Positions 29,887 through 40,163 of a DNA stretch of 64,000 nucleotides are shown in pieces. The DNA is from Aureliella sp. (GTDB taxonomy: Bacteria; Planctomycetota; Planctomycetia; Pirellulales; Pirellulaceae): contig OY829846.1 in NCBI GenBank assembly GCA_963691875.1, forward strand, positions 3,360,001-3,424,000. The letters are read 5' to 3'. The notes under the pieces are model-generated. The model saw only the letters and a program-made list of their open reading frames with translations. It searched no databases and was not told the DNA's origin. How positions within the stretch are numbered: the first letter of the stretch is position 1; the number at the start of each line of letters is the position of its first letter. Made by a program: the position numbers and the translations under genes.

Positions 29887-29936
29887 AGAAAAGAAATCGA
29901 CAGCGGTCTTACCTGACCGACAAGGACACAATTAAC

Positions 29937-31289
29937 ATGAAACAAATCAACCGTCGATCGATATTGAAGGGTGTGACGCTTGGTAGTGGTGCAGTAGCAC
30001 TTTCACCTTTCCTGCGGCACCTGGAAGCATCAGACAAGCAGGTGCTGCCCAAACGATTCGTTTTCGTCGTAAAGAGTAGTGGCCTTCAAGGCGACTACCT
30101 AAACCCGGAGGGCCTGGAGCATCGAGGCGAGAATCTCGTCGACGAAACACTCCAAGGACGACAGCTCTCTGAAAGCATGCGGTCGCTTGAGCCCTTCAAA
30201 GACAAGTTGACGATCATCCAGGGGCTTAGTGGCAAGATGACCAACTCTGGTCACAGCGCCTTTTACGGTGCACTTGGCGGCTACAAAGCCTCGGCCCATG
30301 CGCCGCCATTGTTTGCGACCATCGATGGACACCTCTCCGAAAAGCTGCCATCCGTTTTCAATCATGTGGGCTTCAAGATGGGAGAAGGGAGCCAAGGCGT
30401 TACCTTTCCAGCTATCTCCGCGAAAGGCAAAGGCCAACAACTTCCTTTTCAGCAAAACCCAATGGCGGCGTTCGAGAACCTATTCGGCAGCATCCTTGAA
30501 GGTGGCGATCTCAAAAACAAGTACATGCGTACCGGCAATGTCCTCGACGCCATGTCAGAGGACATCAAAAAACTGCAGCAAAATTTGCCTTCCGCCGAGC
30601 AAGAGAAATTGGGGCATTACCTAGATGGTTTTGAAGCTCTGCGCGACAGACGGGTGAAGTTGGTTTCAATGCAGAAAGTGCTCAAGGAAAACGCTCCCGA
30701 CCTCGACGATAAGTACACCTCGCGATTCACTACGCATCACTTGGAAGCTCACTTCGACATGGCTAGCGCCGCATTGATTTCGGGGTTGACCAACGTCATA
30801 ACGGTTCACGCCGATGGCCTGGATTCGGTTTACTCAGGAATTGGGATCGGCAACAACGTTCATGCGATCGGTCACGGAGCTGGCTACGCGACACTTTCGG
30901 CCCAAGATTGCCGCAATGCAATTCGGACTTTCCATATCGAATTGATCGCCGAGATGGCAAAGAAACTGGATGCCATTCCTGAAGGCGACGGAACGATCCT
31001 CGACAATACAATCATCGTCTACACGAGCGATAACGCGGCTCAGCACCACTCGCGAGGTTTCGACTGGCCGATGCTGGTGCTTGGCAATATAGATGGAAAG
31101 CTTAGATCAAATGGACGCTACTTGGCTTATCCTCAGTATGGTCGCGCAGGGCATAAGCACACAATCTGTAATTGGTTCACCACATTGTGTCATCTTGCCA
31201 GCGTTCCACAGGACTTGTTCGGTCAACCCGATATGGCTCTCGGGAAAGCTGAAGACCAAATGGGCCCTCTGAGTGAGTTGCTGGCGTGA
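29937..31289 (+). CDS. DUF1552 domain protein (Tat signal)
   Basis: MKQINRRSILKG from ATG 29937; PKRFVFV, SLEPFKDKLTIIQGL, HAIGH, IPEGDGTILDNTIIVY, QHHS; follows the DUF1588-type gene. Confidence 0.85.
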   Translation: MKQINRRSILKGVTLGSGAVALSPFLRHLEASDKQVLPKRFVFVVKSSGLQGDYLNPEGLEHRGENLVDETLQGRQLSESMRSLEPFKDKLTIIQGLSGKMTNSGHSAFYGALGGYKASAHAPPLFATIDGHLSEKLPSVFNHVGFKMGEGSQGVTFPAISAKGKGQQLPFQQNPMAAFENLFGSILEGGDLKNKYMRTGNVLDAMSEDIKKLQQNLPSAEQEKLGHYLDGFEALRDRRVKLVSMQKVLKENAPDLDDKYTSRFTTHHLEAHFDMASAALISGLTNVITVHADGLDSVYSGIGIGNNVHAIGHGAGYATLSAQDCRNAIRTFHIELIAEMAKKLDAIPEGDGTILDNTIIVYTSDNAAQHHSRGFDWPMLVLGNIDGKLRSNGRYLAYPQYGRAGHKHTICNWFTTLCHLASVPQDLFGQPDMALGKAEDQMGPLSELLA

Positions 31290-32776
31290 CAATTCTCAAC
31301 AAATACTCCGTCGCTCAATCCCTTACGCTTCTCTGCCTTGCGGGGAGCGTTTGGGCTGAAGACTCCAAGGTAAAGAAACCTTTGAGCCTCGAAGCTGCTC
31401 AACTAATTCTGGACAGTAGAGGAACGGAAGTTACAGATAGCGAACTAGCACGACTATGCAGTGCTGAGGGTTTGGTAGAGCTTGACCTGTCCGGTTGCAA
31501 CCTGTTAACCGACCGCGGTTTGGCTGAAGTAGCGAAACTGGATCAGTTGAAGTCGCTCAGTCTTGCTGGCTGCCACCGAATCACTATCGATGGAATACGG
31601 CCCCTGTCAGGACTTACAAAACTGGAAACATTGGACATCAGTTCGATTCGAGTTTCGCTGCCAGCTATTTATGCGGAACTCGCGAAACTTCCCTCTCTTA
31701 GAAAACTAGAAGCCAGAAACATTCGCGGATTCACTAGCAAGGGTCTAGACGCTCTGACGCACCTCGAGCATCTGGATATCTCGAACTCCGCAGCCGGAGT
31801 CAAAGATGCCGACATGAAGCCCTTGGCAAGGTTGACTTCGCTTACCTACCTGAACCTGAACGGAAGTCGGCAATGGAAGGCGAACAAGTTTCTCACTGAC
31901 AAAGGCTTGAAACATCTGGAAAGCCTTCAGTCGCTCGAGTTTCTCGGTTTATTTGGCCACTATACACTCACGGCCAAAGGCTATAACCCTCTCTTCAGAA
32001 AGCTGACGAAACTAAAGACACTTGAGATGGGTTTCAACTGGCCCCTCAAAGGACGCGATGTCGAGCTTCCCTCAACGCTTGAGCATCTCGACATGATGGA
32101 ATCGTTCCAGCTCACCGATCCAGCGGTCATTAATCTCCAAAACAAAGAGAAGCTCCGCACGCTCAACTTATTCTACTGCCTGGAGCTTACCGACAAGAGC
32201 CTTGAAGCCTTGAGAGACTTACCTCAACTGGAATCGTTGAACATCGGTTGCATCGCCGCTCTGACCGATGATGGTCTGGCAAACCTGAGTGCCAATACAG
32301 GCCTGACTTATCTCAATCTCTGCGACAACGACAACTTTACAGACGAAGGGTTAGAGCATCTCGCGAGGATGAAATCCCTTCAAGAACTGAGTTTGTGGAG
32401 CACGCCGAATCTGACGGGGGAAGGCCTGGCCGTTCTTAGCAAGATGCCGCAGCTGAAAAAGCTCAATCTAGCTGACTGCGCTAATTTGACCGATGTTGCC
32501 GTGAAGCATCTAAGAAGCAGAGCCAAGCTAGAGGAACTCTACCTGGACAATTGCACGAATCTCACCGACGCGGGAGTAACTCACTTGGCCAGCCTCAAAC
32601 ACTTGCGTGAACTCACATTAAACGGCTGCCTCAGCCTCACGGATAAAACACTCGAAACGGTCGAGCAATTGAGCTCTCTCGAATACCTGTCGATTGAGAA
32701 CTGCCCCAATCTATCCCGCCAGGCGATCACTCAGTTAGAGCACGAGTTGCCCGATTGCTACATTGTCCGAGACTAG
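31286..32776 (+). CDS. Secreted leucine-rich repeat protein (cysteine-containing/AMN1-like LRR)
   Basis: Roughly 16 LxxLxLxxCxxLTDxGLxxL repeats and a signal peptide; the GTG start overlaps the DUF1552 stop (GTGA). Confidence 0.9.
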   Translation: MTILNKYSVAQSLTLLCLAGSVWAEDSKVKKPLSLEAAQLILDSRGTEVTDSELARLCSAEGLVELDLSGCNLLTDRGLAEVAKLDQLKSLSLAGCHRITIDGIRPLSGLTKLETLDISSIRVSLPAIYAELAKLPSLRKLEARNIRGFTSKGLDALTHLEHLDISNSAAGVKDADMKPLARLTSLTYLNLNGSRQWKANKFLTDKGLKHLESLQSLEFLGLFGHYTLTAKGYNPLFRKLTKLKTLEMGFNWPLKGRDVELPSTLEHLDMMESFQLTDPAVINLQNKEKLRTLNLFYCLELTDKSLEALRDLPQLESLNIGCIAALTDDGLANLSANTGLTYLNLCDNDNFTDEGLEHLARMKSLQELSLWSTPNLTGEGLAVLSKMPQLKKLNLADCANLTDVAVKHLRSRAKLEELYLDNCTNLTDAGVTHLASLKHLRELTLNGCLSLTDKTLETVEQLSSLEYLSIENCPNLSRQAITQLEHELPDCYIVRD

Positions 32777-33065
32777 TTTCGAGAGCGAAGGCCCCTGAAT
32801 CGCCGAGAAAAGCACAAGACGGCCCACAATCCTATAAGAATCGTAATCACCATGGTGTCAAAGAGATGATAATGAGAGACTGTAGGTAGACTCCCCTTAC
32901 AAGTCCCCCGCCTTACCCAAGCAGATTCAAGAATCCTCTGCGCGATGGCGAGGTTTACCTCAGATGACTGATTGAAACCTCGATCAAATCCCCGCCTCAG
33001 CACGATAGCCTTCCCTCCACCGCCTCACCGTGACACTACCATTTACCGGAATCTCCTTCGTATCA

Positions 33066-34910
33066 ATGAAGAACATCCTCCCCTTAACCCTAATTGCGTT
33101 GACGAGCTTCACACTCGGGATTCACGCAGGCGAAGATGTCGTTCCTTCGCAGCAAATCGATGGGCTGGTTCAACAGCAGGTCGCTAAGGCAGGGCAGCAA
33201 GCTCGCCCGAGTATCGATGATTACACTTTTTGCCGACGCATTTACCTCGATGCGATTGGTCGCATCCCGACGCTCGACGAGCTTGATCTGTTTATCGAAG
33301 ACAACGAACCTGACAAACGCAGTCGGCTGATCGCGAAACTCCTTCACTCGAAAGGCTATCAGAGTCACTGGTACAACTACTGGGCGGACCTGCTGAGAGT
33401 GAAATACGTGGGCGACAAGTTGCATCACCCAGGAAACTACGGGCAGTGGATCAAAGAAGCACTGCGGACAAACAAACCTTACAATCAAATGGCTCACGAG
33501 TTAATCAATGCCAAAGGGCCGCTCTACAAGCCTGGCAATGGAGCCACCGGCTTTTACGCACGCGAGCCGATGCCGCTGGATCATCTAGCCAACTCGGTGA
33601 AGACTTTTCTAGGTTTGAGTATTGAGTGCGCTCAGTGCCATGACCACCCGTTTGACGTTTGGACTCAGAAGGACTTTTACAAGCTCGCTGCCTTCAGCTC
33701 TAGGACACACTTGCGAGTCGATCCGACGGTAGACTTGGAGAAGAAGCGATATGCCAAGGATCGCAAAATCCTGAAGAACAAAAGCTTTGATGAATGGATC
33801 GTCTATCGAGAATCCTTGCGGGTGAAGCATGCAGCGATTCATGGAAATGGGACGGGCTTCATGCGTCTGCCGCATGACTATCAGTATGATGATGGCAAGC
33901 CCTTTGAGGCGGTGCAAGCTGACGTTCTTTTCGGTGATATGCCGAAGCTGGATCACAAACTCACCAAGGACAAACTAGACGCTCTCAATCAGAAGAACTT
34001 TGGGCCGCCGATCAACGCCCGCGAATCCTTCGCTGATTGGATGGTTTCTCCCGACAACCCTTTGTTCACCAAATCGATCGTGAACCGCTTGTGGAACCAA
34101 GTAATGGGCACGCAGCTCGTTGGCCCTGTAGGCGGTCTGTCGTCAGAGGAAATGGGGCCGCATCCAGAGCTAACAGAGAAGCTGATTGAGATCATGCAGG
34201 ACTCGGGCTACGACCTCAAGGTTTTCTTGAGCGTCCTGTTCAACAGCCAAACCTACCAGGGTAAAGCAATTGCACTGGAGCCAGACAGAACCCCAGACTA
34301 CGTCCTCGATGGTCCAATCGTCCGCAGGCTCTCCGCAGAAGCGATCGTCGACTCATTCCTCAGCTTGAAAACAGAGAATCCAGAACGGTACGTTGCCACT
34401 GAGTTCACTTGGGATGGCTTTACGAATTTCTACGAGAAGGCTCGTGAGATGGGCGTCAAAGATTTCGTCGAGTATTCTGTGAAAGGGCCGGGTCGAGGTG
34501 CCTTTCAGAAACGCGAAGAAGTGGCGGCCAGGAAACGCAATGGAGACATAGGCCCTAAGCACTTGTGGCGTGTCTCGACCTACGGCCATGTGGATGGAGT
34601 GCATGCTGTGGCCGTGCTCATGGGCAAGTCCGATCGTGAATTAATCGATGGTGCCAACAAAGAGCCCAATATTCCCCAGATCCTCTATTTGCTGAACGGC
34701 CATCTTGAGCAAGAGATTATTGGACAGCCCAAAGCCTACCTACATCGCAAGCTAGAAACTACTGCGGATCCGGAACAACGGATGGAAGTCGTCTGGAAAG
34801 CCATTCTCGGTCGACTACCAAAGGAATCCGAAAAGCCTTTAGTCTCCCACAGGCAGGATGATCTCATTTGGGCGTTGCTCAACTCAAACGAATTTCGATT
34901 TGTCAGATAA
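33066..34910 (+). CDS. DUF1549/DUF1553 domain protein
   Basis: DDYTFCRRIYLDAIGRIPT, WADLLR, FLGLSIECAQCHDHPFDVWTQKDFY, VNRLW, HPEL, RRLSAEAIVDS, DLIWALLNSNEF. Confidence 0.9.
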   Translation: MKNILPLTLIALTSFTLGIHAGEDVVPSQQIDGLVQQQVAKAGQQARPSIDDYTFCRRIYLDAIGRIPTLDELDLFIEDNEPDKRSRLIAKLLHSKGYQSHWYNYWADLLRVKYVGDKLHHPGNYGQWIKEALRTNKPYNQMAHELINAKGPLYKPGNGATGFYAREPMPLDHLANSVKTFLGLSIECAQCHDHPFDVWTQKDFYKLAAFSSRTHLRVDPTVDLEKKRYAKDRKILKNKSFDEWIVYRESLRVKHAAIHGNGTGFMRLPHDYQYDDGKPFEAVQADVLFGDMPKLDHKLTKDKLDALNQKNFGPPINARESFADWMVSPDNPLFTKSIVNRLWNQVMGTQLVGPVGGLSSEEMGPHPELTEKLIEIMQDSGYDLKVFLSVLFNSQTYQGKAIALEPDRTPDYVLDGPIVRRLSAEAIVDSFLSLKTENPERYVATEFTWDGFTNFYEKAREMGVKDFVEYSVKGPGRGAFQKREEVAARKRNGDIGPKHLWRVSTYGHVDGVHAVAVLMGKSDRELIDGANKEPNIPQILYLLNGHLEQEIIGQPKAYLHRKLETTADPEQRMEVVWKAILGRLPKESEKPLVSHRQDDLIWALLNSNEFRFVR

Positions 34911-34914
34911 CAAA

Positions 34915-36147
34915 ATGAAACGCCGCAAATTCATTTACAGCGTTGGAATGGCAGGCATGACATTGCCTGTCCTGAATATAACTGCCGCATCTACCGAAAA
35001 GGCAAAAGCCAAGTCGGTAATCAACATCTTCCTTTCTGGAGGATTGAGCCAGTACGATAGCTTCAATATGGAAGTCGACCAATCGGTGCTGGGTAACTCC
35101 AAGATCATCGATAGCAACGTCGATGGTATGCGCGTTAGTCACTACTTCCCGGCGCTCGCCAACAAGATGGACAAGCTACTGGTGATCAATTCGATGAAGT
35201 CCAATCAGGGTGCCCACCCTGCCGGTATCTACAAGATGCTAACCAGCTACGATCCGCGATCCTCCATCACGCATCCGGAGCTCGGGGCTTGGGTAAGTAG
35301 AAGCCTCACCGCGGAGCAGGACAGCTTGCCAAATTTTGTCAGTATCGGAAAAGGAAGTGCTGGGACTGCCGGATTCTTTCCCGGCCAGTGGGCCGCGCTG
35401 CCAGTCACGAATACGAGAACGGGGATTGATTTCGTCAATCGAAATCCAGTGGTCGGCAAAAACAAGTTTGATCAACGGTTAGATATCCTAAGCGCGCTTA
35501 ACAAAGACTTCGATGGCGAGTACGGTAACAAAGACACGCGCGCCTATGTGGATACTTATCAAGGCTCGCTTCGTTTTATGAACTCTAAGGACATCGATGC
35601 CTTCGACCTGGAGAATGAAAACGAAAACATCACGAGGCTTTATGACAACGAGGAGTTCAGTCGCAGCTGCATGTTGGCCGGACGGCTGGTGGAACGCGGA
35701 GTGCGATACGTCAAAGTAGAGCTTGGTGGTTGGGATTATCACGACGATATCTATGGCAAGCTACCTGCAAACGCTAGGAAGCTAGACAAAGGCCTGGCGT
35801 CGCTGCTCGAGCACCTCATGCAGAAGGGCCTGTTGGATTCGACCTTGGTTGTTGTGTCTACCGAGTTTGGGCGGAAGCCGGATGTAAATCCAAATCAAGG
35901 ACGAGACCATCACCCAGATGGATTTACCTGTTTAATGGCAGGTGCAGGTGTGAAAGCCGGCCAGATCTATGGCACCACTAGTAAAGACGGCAAGTTCGCG
36001 GCCGACGACGTCCTTGAAGTGACAGACTTCAATGCCACCATCGCCTGGGCTCTCGGCATCGACCCGGCGCATGAAGAAGAGAGCAGCATTGGCCAGCCAT
36101 TTACACTCGCCAACAAAGGCGAAGCCCGCAAAGAGCTATTTGCTTGA
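34915..36147 (+). CDS. DUF1501 domain protein (Tat signal)
   Basis: MKRRKFI from ATG 34915; AKSVINIFLSGGLSQYDSF, RLVERGVRYV, GGWDYH, EFGRKP, GRDHHP, AGAGVKAG. Confidence 0.9.
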   Translation: MKRRKFIYSVGMAGMTLPVLNITAASTEKAKAKSVINIFLSGGLSQYDSFNMEVDQSVLGNSKIIDSNVDGMRVSHYFPALANKMDKLLVINSMKSNQGAHPAGIYKMLTSYDPRSSITHPELGAWVSRSLTAEQDSLPNFVSIGKGSAGTAGFFPGQWAALPVTNTRTGIDFVNRNPVVGKNKFDQRLDILSALNKDFDGEYGNKDTRAYVDTYQGSLRFMNSKDIDAFDLENENENITRLYDNEEFSRSCMLAGRLVERGVRYVKVELGGWDYHDDIYGKLPANARKLDKGLASLLEHLMQKGLLDSTLVVVSTEFGRKPDVNPNQGRDHHPDGFTCLMAGAGVKAGQIYGTTSKDGKFAADDVLEVTDFNATIAWALGIDPAHEEESSIGQPFTLANKGEARKELFA

Positions 36148-36332
36148 GGCCATAGTCGCCCGCTGTTCCAGAGTCGCTGATCACGGTGTCGAGCATGGCG
36201 TGCTCCGACCACACGACATCCTGGTAAGTCCTTCGCCCAAGCGACACTCGCTCTTTGTCGGGGCTTACAGAACTCAGAAGTTGCCGGATAATCTCAGCTC
36301 GCAACTTCGCACTTTCTTCTTCCCAAGAGTCA

Positions 36333-36821
36333 ATGATGTCAGGACAAAACTCGATTCGCAAAGGTAAGGCCGAGGACTTACCGCGTATCTTGGAGCTGAT
36401 CGTAGAATTAGCGGTTTACGAAAAAGAGCCTGACGCGGTGGTGACGACAGTGGAAAGCATGCTGGAAGATGGCTTCGGCCCGAACCCAGTTTACGGCTTC
36501 TTTGTCGCCGAGGACGACGAACAGATCGTTGGCCTATCGCTCTACTACTGGCGCTACTCGACATGGAAGGGCAAGCGACTGTATCTCGAAGACTTGATCG
36601 TCACGGAGTCCGCTCGTGGCAAAGGCTTCGGCAAGGCCTTGTTTAATCGCACGATGGAATTTGCGTTGGAAGCAAATTGCACAGGAATGGTCTGGCAAGT
36701 TCTGGACTGGAACGAGCCCTCGATTGAGTTCTATAAGTCTTACGGAGCCGAGCTGGATTCTGAATGGATCAACTGCAGCTTGAGCGCCGCGCAGATCGAT
36801 TGTTACTTCGCGAAAAGTTGA
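36333..36821 (+). CDS. GNAT N-acetyltransferase (SSAT/diamine acetyltransferase-like)
   Basis: ELAVYEK, YSTWKGKRLYLEDLIV..ARGKGFGKAL, WQVLDWNEPSIEFYK. Confidence 0.88.
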   Translation: MMSGQNSIRKGKAEDLPRILELIVELAVYEKEPDAVVTTVESMLEDGFGPNPVYGFFVAEDDEQIVGLSLYYWRYSTWKGKRLYLEDLIVTESARGKGFGKALFNRTMEFALEANCTGMVWQVLDWNEPSIEFYKSYGAELDSEWINCSLSAAQIDCYFAKS

Positions 36822-36992
36822 AGCTCACTTCAGCCGGCACGCGACTCCCGCCGCAAACGCACTCGTGCAATTCCGCATCGCTCGCGTTAGAACCGGAGCA
36901 AACGCTCTGCGGCTGAAGTGGCGAGAACAGCGAAGATCAACATGGTATGATGGGGATCCCAACATCCTCTGACTTCATGCCAGGTAACGATC

Positions 36993-38615
36993 ATGCTTGT
37001 AGCAAGAAAACGCTACTCCCTCCTATTTTGCCTTCAGCTCTCTGCCTTATTAGGCATGCTAAACTCTCGGCTCGGCACTGCAGCAGATCAAGACGAGAAA
37101 GTACGCCCCAACATCTTGTTCATCTACACGGACGATCAGTCGCATCGTACGGTGAGCTGTTACCCAGATGCTTTTGATTGGGTCAAAACGCCCAACATCG
37201 ACAGATTGGCTCGACAAGGCACGCGGTTTGACCACGCTTACATCGGTGCATGGTGCATGCCATCACGAGCCACGATGCTGACTGGCAAACATCAGCACGG
37301 CATCGAATCGATGCGGATGGAAGGCCGATACCCAGGCAGTGCCTACGATCCTGAACAGTGTCCGTTTTGGCCTGCCGAGTTTCGCAAGCAAGGTTACACC
37401 ACGGCTCAGATTGGCAAGTGGCATACCGGCGTCGATGCAGGGTTCGGTCGCGACTGGGACTTCCAAATTGTTTGGAACAGACCGAAGCATCCCGACAACG
37501 CCCCAAACTACTACTACAACCAGTTGACGAGCTTCCAAGGCAAAGAGCCAGTCATGGTGGAAGGCTACACCACAGACAACTACACCGACTGGGCAATCGA
37601 CTTCATTAACGGTGAGGGGCGCGACGAAGAGAAACCATGGTACTTGTGGTTGTGCTACGGAGCCGTCCATGGCCCCTTCACTCCCGCCGATCGGCACTTA
37701 GAAGATTACGCCGACATCGAAGTCCCCGTGCCACCGAGCATCTATCCACCTCGCGAGGGTAAGCCCAAGTATGTGCAGGATATGGAGTATTGGGAGAAGG
37801 GCAAAAATGGTGCGCCCGTAGAACGGCAGGCACGGGAAACGGCACCCGTTGGCATGAAGGATTTTCCTGGCCGATCGTTAAAAGATTGGGTGCGTCAGTA
37901 TCATCAAGGCGTGAAGGCCATCGACGAGAGCGTGGGGCGCTTGCTTGAGGCACTCGTTGCTTCGGGGCAAGACGAAAACACCATGGTCATCTTCACTTCA
38001 GACCAAGGATTTGCCTGGGGACAGCATGGATTCAAATCCAAGGTAGCTCCCTATCGTGCGACTGTTGAAGCTCCATTGATCATGCGTCTGCCGCAGAACC
38101 AGCCTGCCCCGGCCGGGAGTTCTGTAGAAGCCCCGGTAAGCGGCGTCGATATCATCCCCACCATCTACGCTCAAGCTGGAATCAAACCGCCGTGGGAGAT
38201 GCATGGCCACGACTTGACGCCTTTGCTGAAGAATCCTGAGCACAACTGGGAGCATCCTGCCATGCTAGTGCACACGGGACGCAACTATGGATCTTCGACA
38301 GCAGTTGTTCCAGACAACGACGATCCCGCTTTGTATCACGGTCCAGGAGTTCCTTGGTATGTCATGCTGGCGGAAGGTCAGTACAAATACGTGCGCAATT
38401 TGGTGACCGGTGAAACCGAAGAGCTTTACAATATGATTGAGGATCCGCATGAACTCCAGAACTTGGCACTAGATCCCAAGTTTAACCGTACTCTTGCTCG
38501 AATGCGCGAAGCTACCATCAAGGAACTGAAGCGAACCGACGCCGCGATGGCCGATAACTTACCTCCGCTCGGCACCGAGACACCTCGCAAGCTGTTGCAA
38601 AAGTCCAGCAGATAG
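36993..38615 (+). CDS. Sulfatase (S1, formylglycine-dependent)
   Basis: RPNILFIYTDDQ, CMPSRATMLTG, GKWH, AVHGPF, FTSDQG, ELYNMIEDPHE. Confidence 0.92.
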   Translation: MLVARKRYSLLFCLQLSALLGMLNSRLGTAADQDEKVRPNILFIYTDDQSHRTVSCYPDAFDWVKTPNIDRLARQGTRFDHAYIGAWCMPSRATMLTGKHQHGIESMRMEGRYPGSAYDPEQCPFWPAEFRKQGYTTAQIGKWHTGVDAGFGRDWDFQIVWNRPKHPDNAPNYYYNQLTSFQGKEPVMVEGYTTDNYTDWAIDFINGEGRDEEKPWYLWLCYGAVHGPFTPADRHLEDYADIEVPVPPSIYPPREGKPKYVQDMEYWEKGKNGAPVERQARETAPVGMKDFPGRSLKDWVRQYHQGVKAIDESVGRLLEALVASGQDENTMVIFTSDQGFAWGQHGFKSKVAPYRATVEAPLIMRLPQNQPAPAGSSVEAPVSGVDIIPTIYAQAGIKPPWEMHGHDLTPLLKNPEHNWEHPAMLVHTGRNYGSSTAVVPDNDDPALYHGPGVPWYVMLAEGQYKYVRNLVTGETEELYNMIEDPHELQNLALDPKFNRTLARMREATIKELKRTDAAMADNLPPLGTETPRKLLQKSSR

Positions 38616-38805
38616 GTCCAGCAGCCTAAAATCTGACTCACTCACTTTCTCGTCGTGCTTGTATCCCTCATAGGCCGTTAACGAGCGCAGCGATGCTACG
38701 GCATTGGAGCAAAGCAAGAGGGCGCCCACGGCTGGTCTTTAAAAGGTTAAAAAAATTTGGCATGCGATTGGCTGATCGATGGGCAGCCTGGGGAGGTGCA
38801 ACGGC

Positions 38806-39636
38806 CTAAGTACCGCGCTGGTTGCCGAACCAGATGATGTGGGAACGTGGGCAGAAGCGGAGGTCCTGCTGCTTGCACCAGGGGATCAACCACTCTGCGT
38901 GCTGCTCTAACTCAGAAGCTGTCGTTCCCTGAGGCATGACCAAAAGCCTTTCGCGCTGGAGAGCGTGACCAAGCCTAGATTCTAAACGCAACAAGTAGTC
39001 AAGCACTTCGTCGGCATCTGCCAGCGTATCTACCACAAACTTGAGTTGATAGGGATACTCGTGAATCAACCGCGCCACGACATCCAGTTGTTCGCGACGC
39101 CGCTCGTGTGCTTCCTTCCACTTGGGACTTGCATCTCGTGGAGACGAACCGGATAGCTTCGGGCTGATCGACATCAGATCACACTTGACGGATTGATAAA
39201 CCGTTCCAGCAGTCTCGATCGTAATGTGGATCTGCCTTTCACGGAAAATCTCGGTGAGCTCCGGGAGCTGCGAAAAGATCATGGGCTCGCCGCCGGTGAG
39301 CACGTAGTGTTGAGCCGCAAAGCTCTGGCAACGCCCTTCGATATCAGCGACAGTTAGAAACTCCCCTTCTGGCTTCCAGGAAGCGAAGGGAGTGTCGCAG
39401 AACCAGCATCGCAAATTGCAGCCACTCGTTCGCACAAAAACGCTTGGGGTGCCGACCAACAGCCCTTCGCCTTGCAGACTCTCGTAGATCTCGCATACGC
39501 GGAGTTTTGCCGCCAAGCGATCGCCAGAGTTGTCTGAGGGCGAAGTTGCCACGTCAGCAGCTGCCCGCGATGCCAAATCAGCTGCTTTTACCGCTGCAGA
39601 TTCTTTCGCGTCGTGATTTTCGACTTCCGAGGGCAT
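38806..39636 (-). CDS. queE: 7-carboxy-7-deazaguanine synthase (radical SAM)
   Basis: EIYESLQGEG, FVRTSGCNLRCWFCDT, LTGGEP, TIETAGT, SISPK; divergent from queF. Confidence 0.9.
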   Translation of the reverse strand: MPSEVENHDAKESAAVKAADLASRAAADVATSPSDNSGDRLAAKLRVCEIYESLQGEGLLVGTPSVFVRTSGCNLRCWFCDTPFASWKPEGEFLTVADIEGRCQSFAAQHYVLTGGEPMIFSQLPELTEIFRERQIHITIETAGTVYQSVKCDLMSISPKLSGSSPRDASPKWKEAHERRREQLDVVARLIHEYPYQLKFVVDTLADADEVLDYLLRLESRLGHALQRERLLVMPQGTTASELEQHAEWLIPWCKQQDLRFCPRSHIIWFGNQRGT

Positions 39637-39737
39637 ACCGAGCCGGATAACTTAGTGACTTTAAATAACTGAGACCGCTGTACAGTTGCGACCGGCGTCG
39701 GGCAGCAAATGTTCAGCCTTTGTGAGGATTCTGACCA

Positions 39738-40103
39738 GTGTCGACACCCTTTCAAGATCAACTGGAAGTTTTCGAGAATAGTTTTCCGGATCGCGAATAC
39801 GAAATCGAGATCGAATGCCCCGAGTTCACCTCAATCTGCCCCAAAACGGGGCAGCCTGATTTTGGTACGTTGATCTTCCGCTATGTCCCCGGAAAACTTT
39901 GCGTCGAGCTGAAGAGCCTCAAGCTCTATCTCCAGAAGTTTCGCAACGAGGGCATTTTCTACGAGAATGTGACCAACCGCATCTTGGACGACTTTGTCGC
40001 CGTGTCTAAACCCAAGCACTTGACGCTCGAGAGCCATTGGGGCGCCCGTGGTGGAATCACTTCCGTGATTACCGTACGCTACGAAGCAACACACAGCGAG
40101 TAA
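39738..40103 (+). CDS. queF: NADPH-dependent preQ0 reductase, type I
   Basis: EFTSICPKTGQPDFG, VELKSLKLY, RGGI; GTG start. Confidence 0.93.
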   Translation: MSTPFQDQLEVFENSFPDREYEIEIECPEFTSICPKTGQPDFGTLIFRYVPGKLCVELKSLKLYLQKFRNEGIFYENVTNRILDDFVAVSKPKHLTLESHWGARGGITSVITVRYEATHSE

Positions 40104-40163
40104 AGCCCGGCAAGGTCGAGCCGAGCCCAGCACATCCCCCGAATCCACACCTAAGGTCCCATC

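Noticed and set aside
38806..40103. 7-deazaguanine DNA-modification (dpd) island or preQ1 riboswitch
   Set aside because: No dpdA/tgt-like or helicase genes are nearby, and I saw no recognisable preQ1 aptamer in the short intergenic region.
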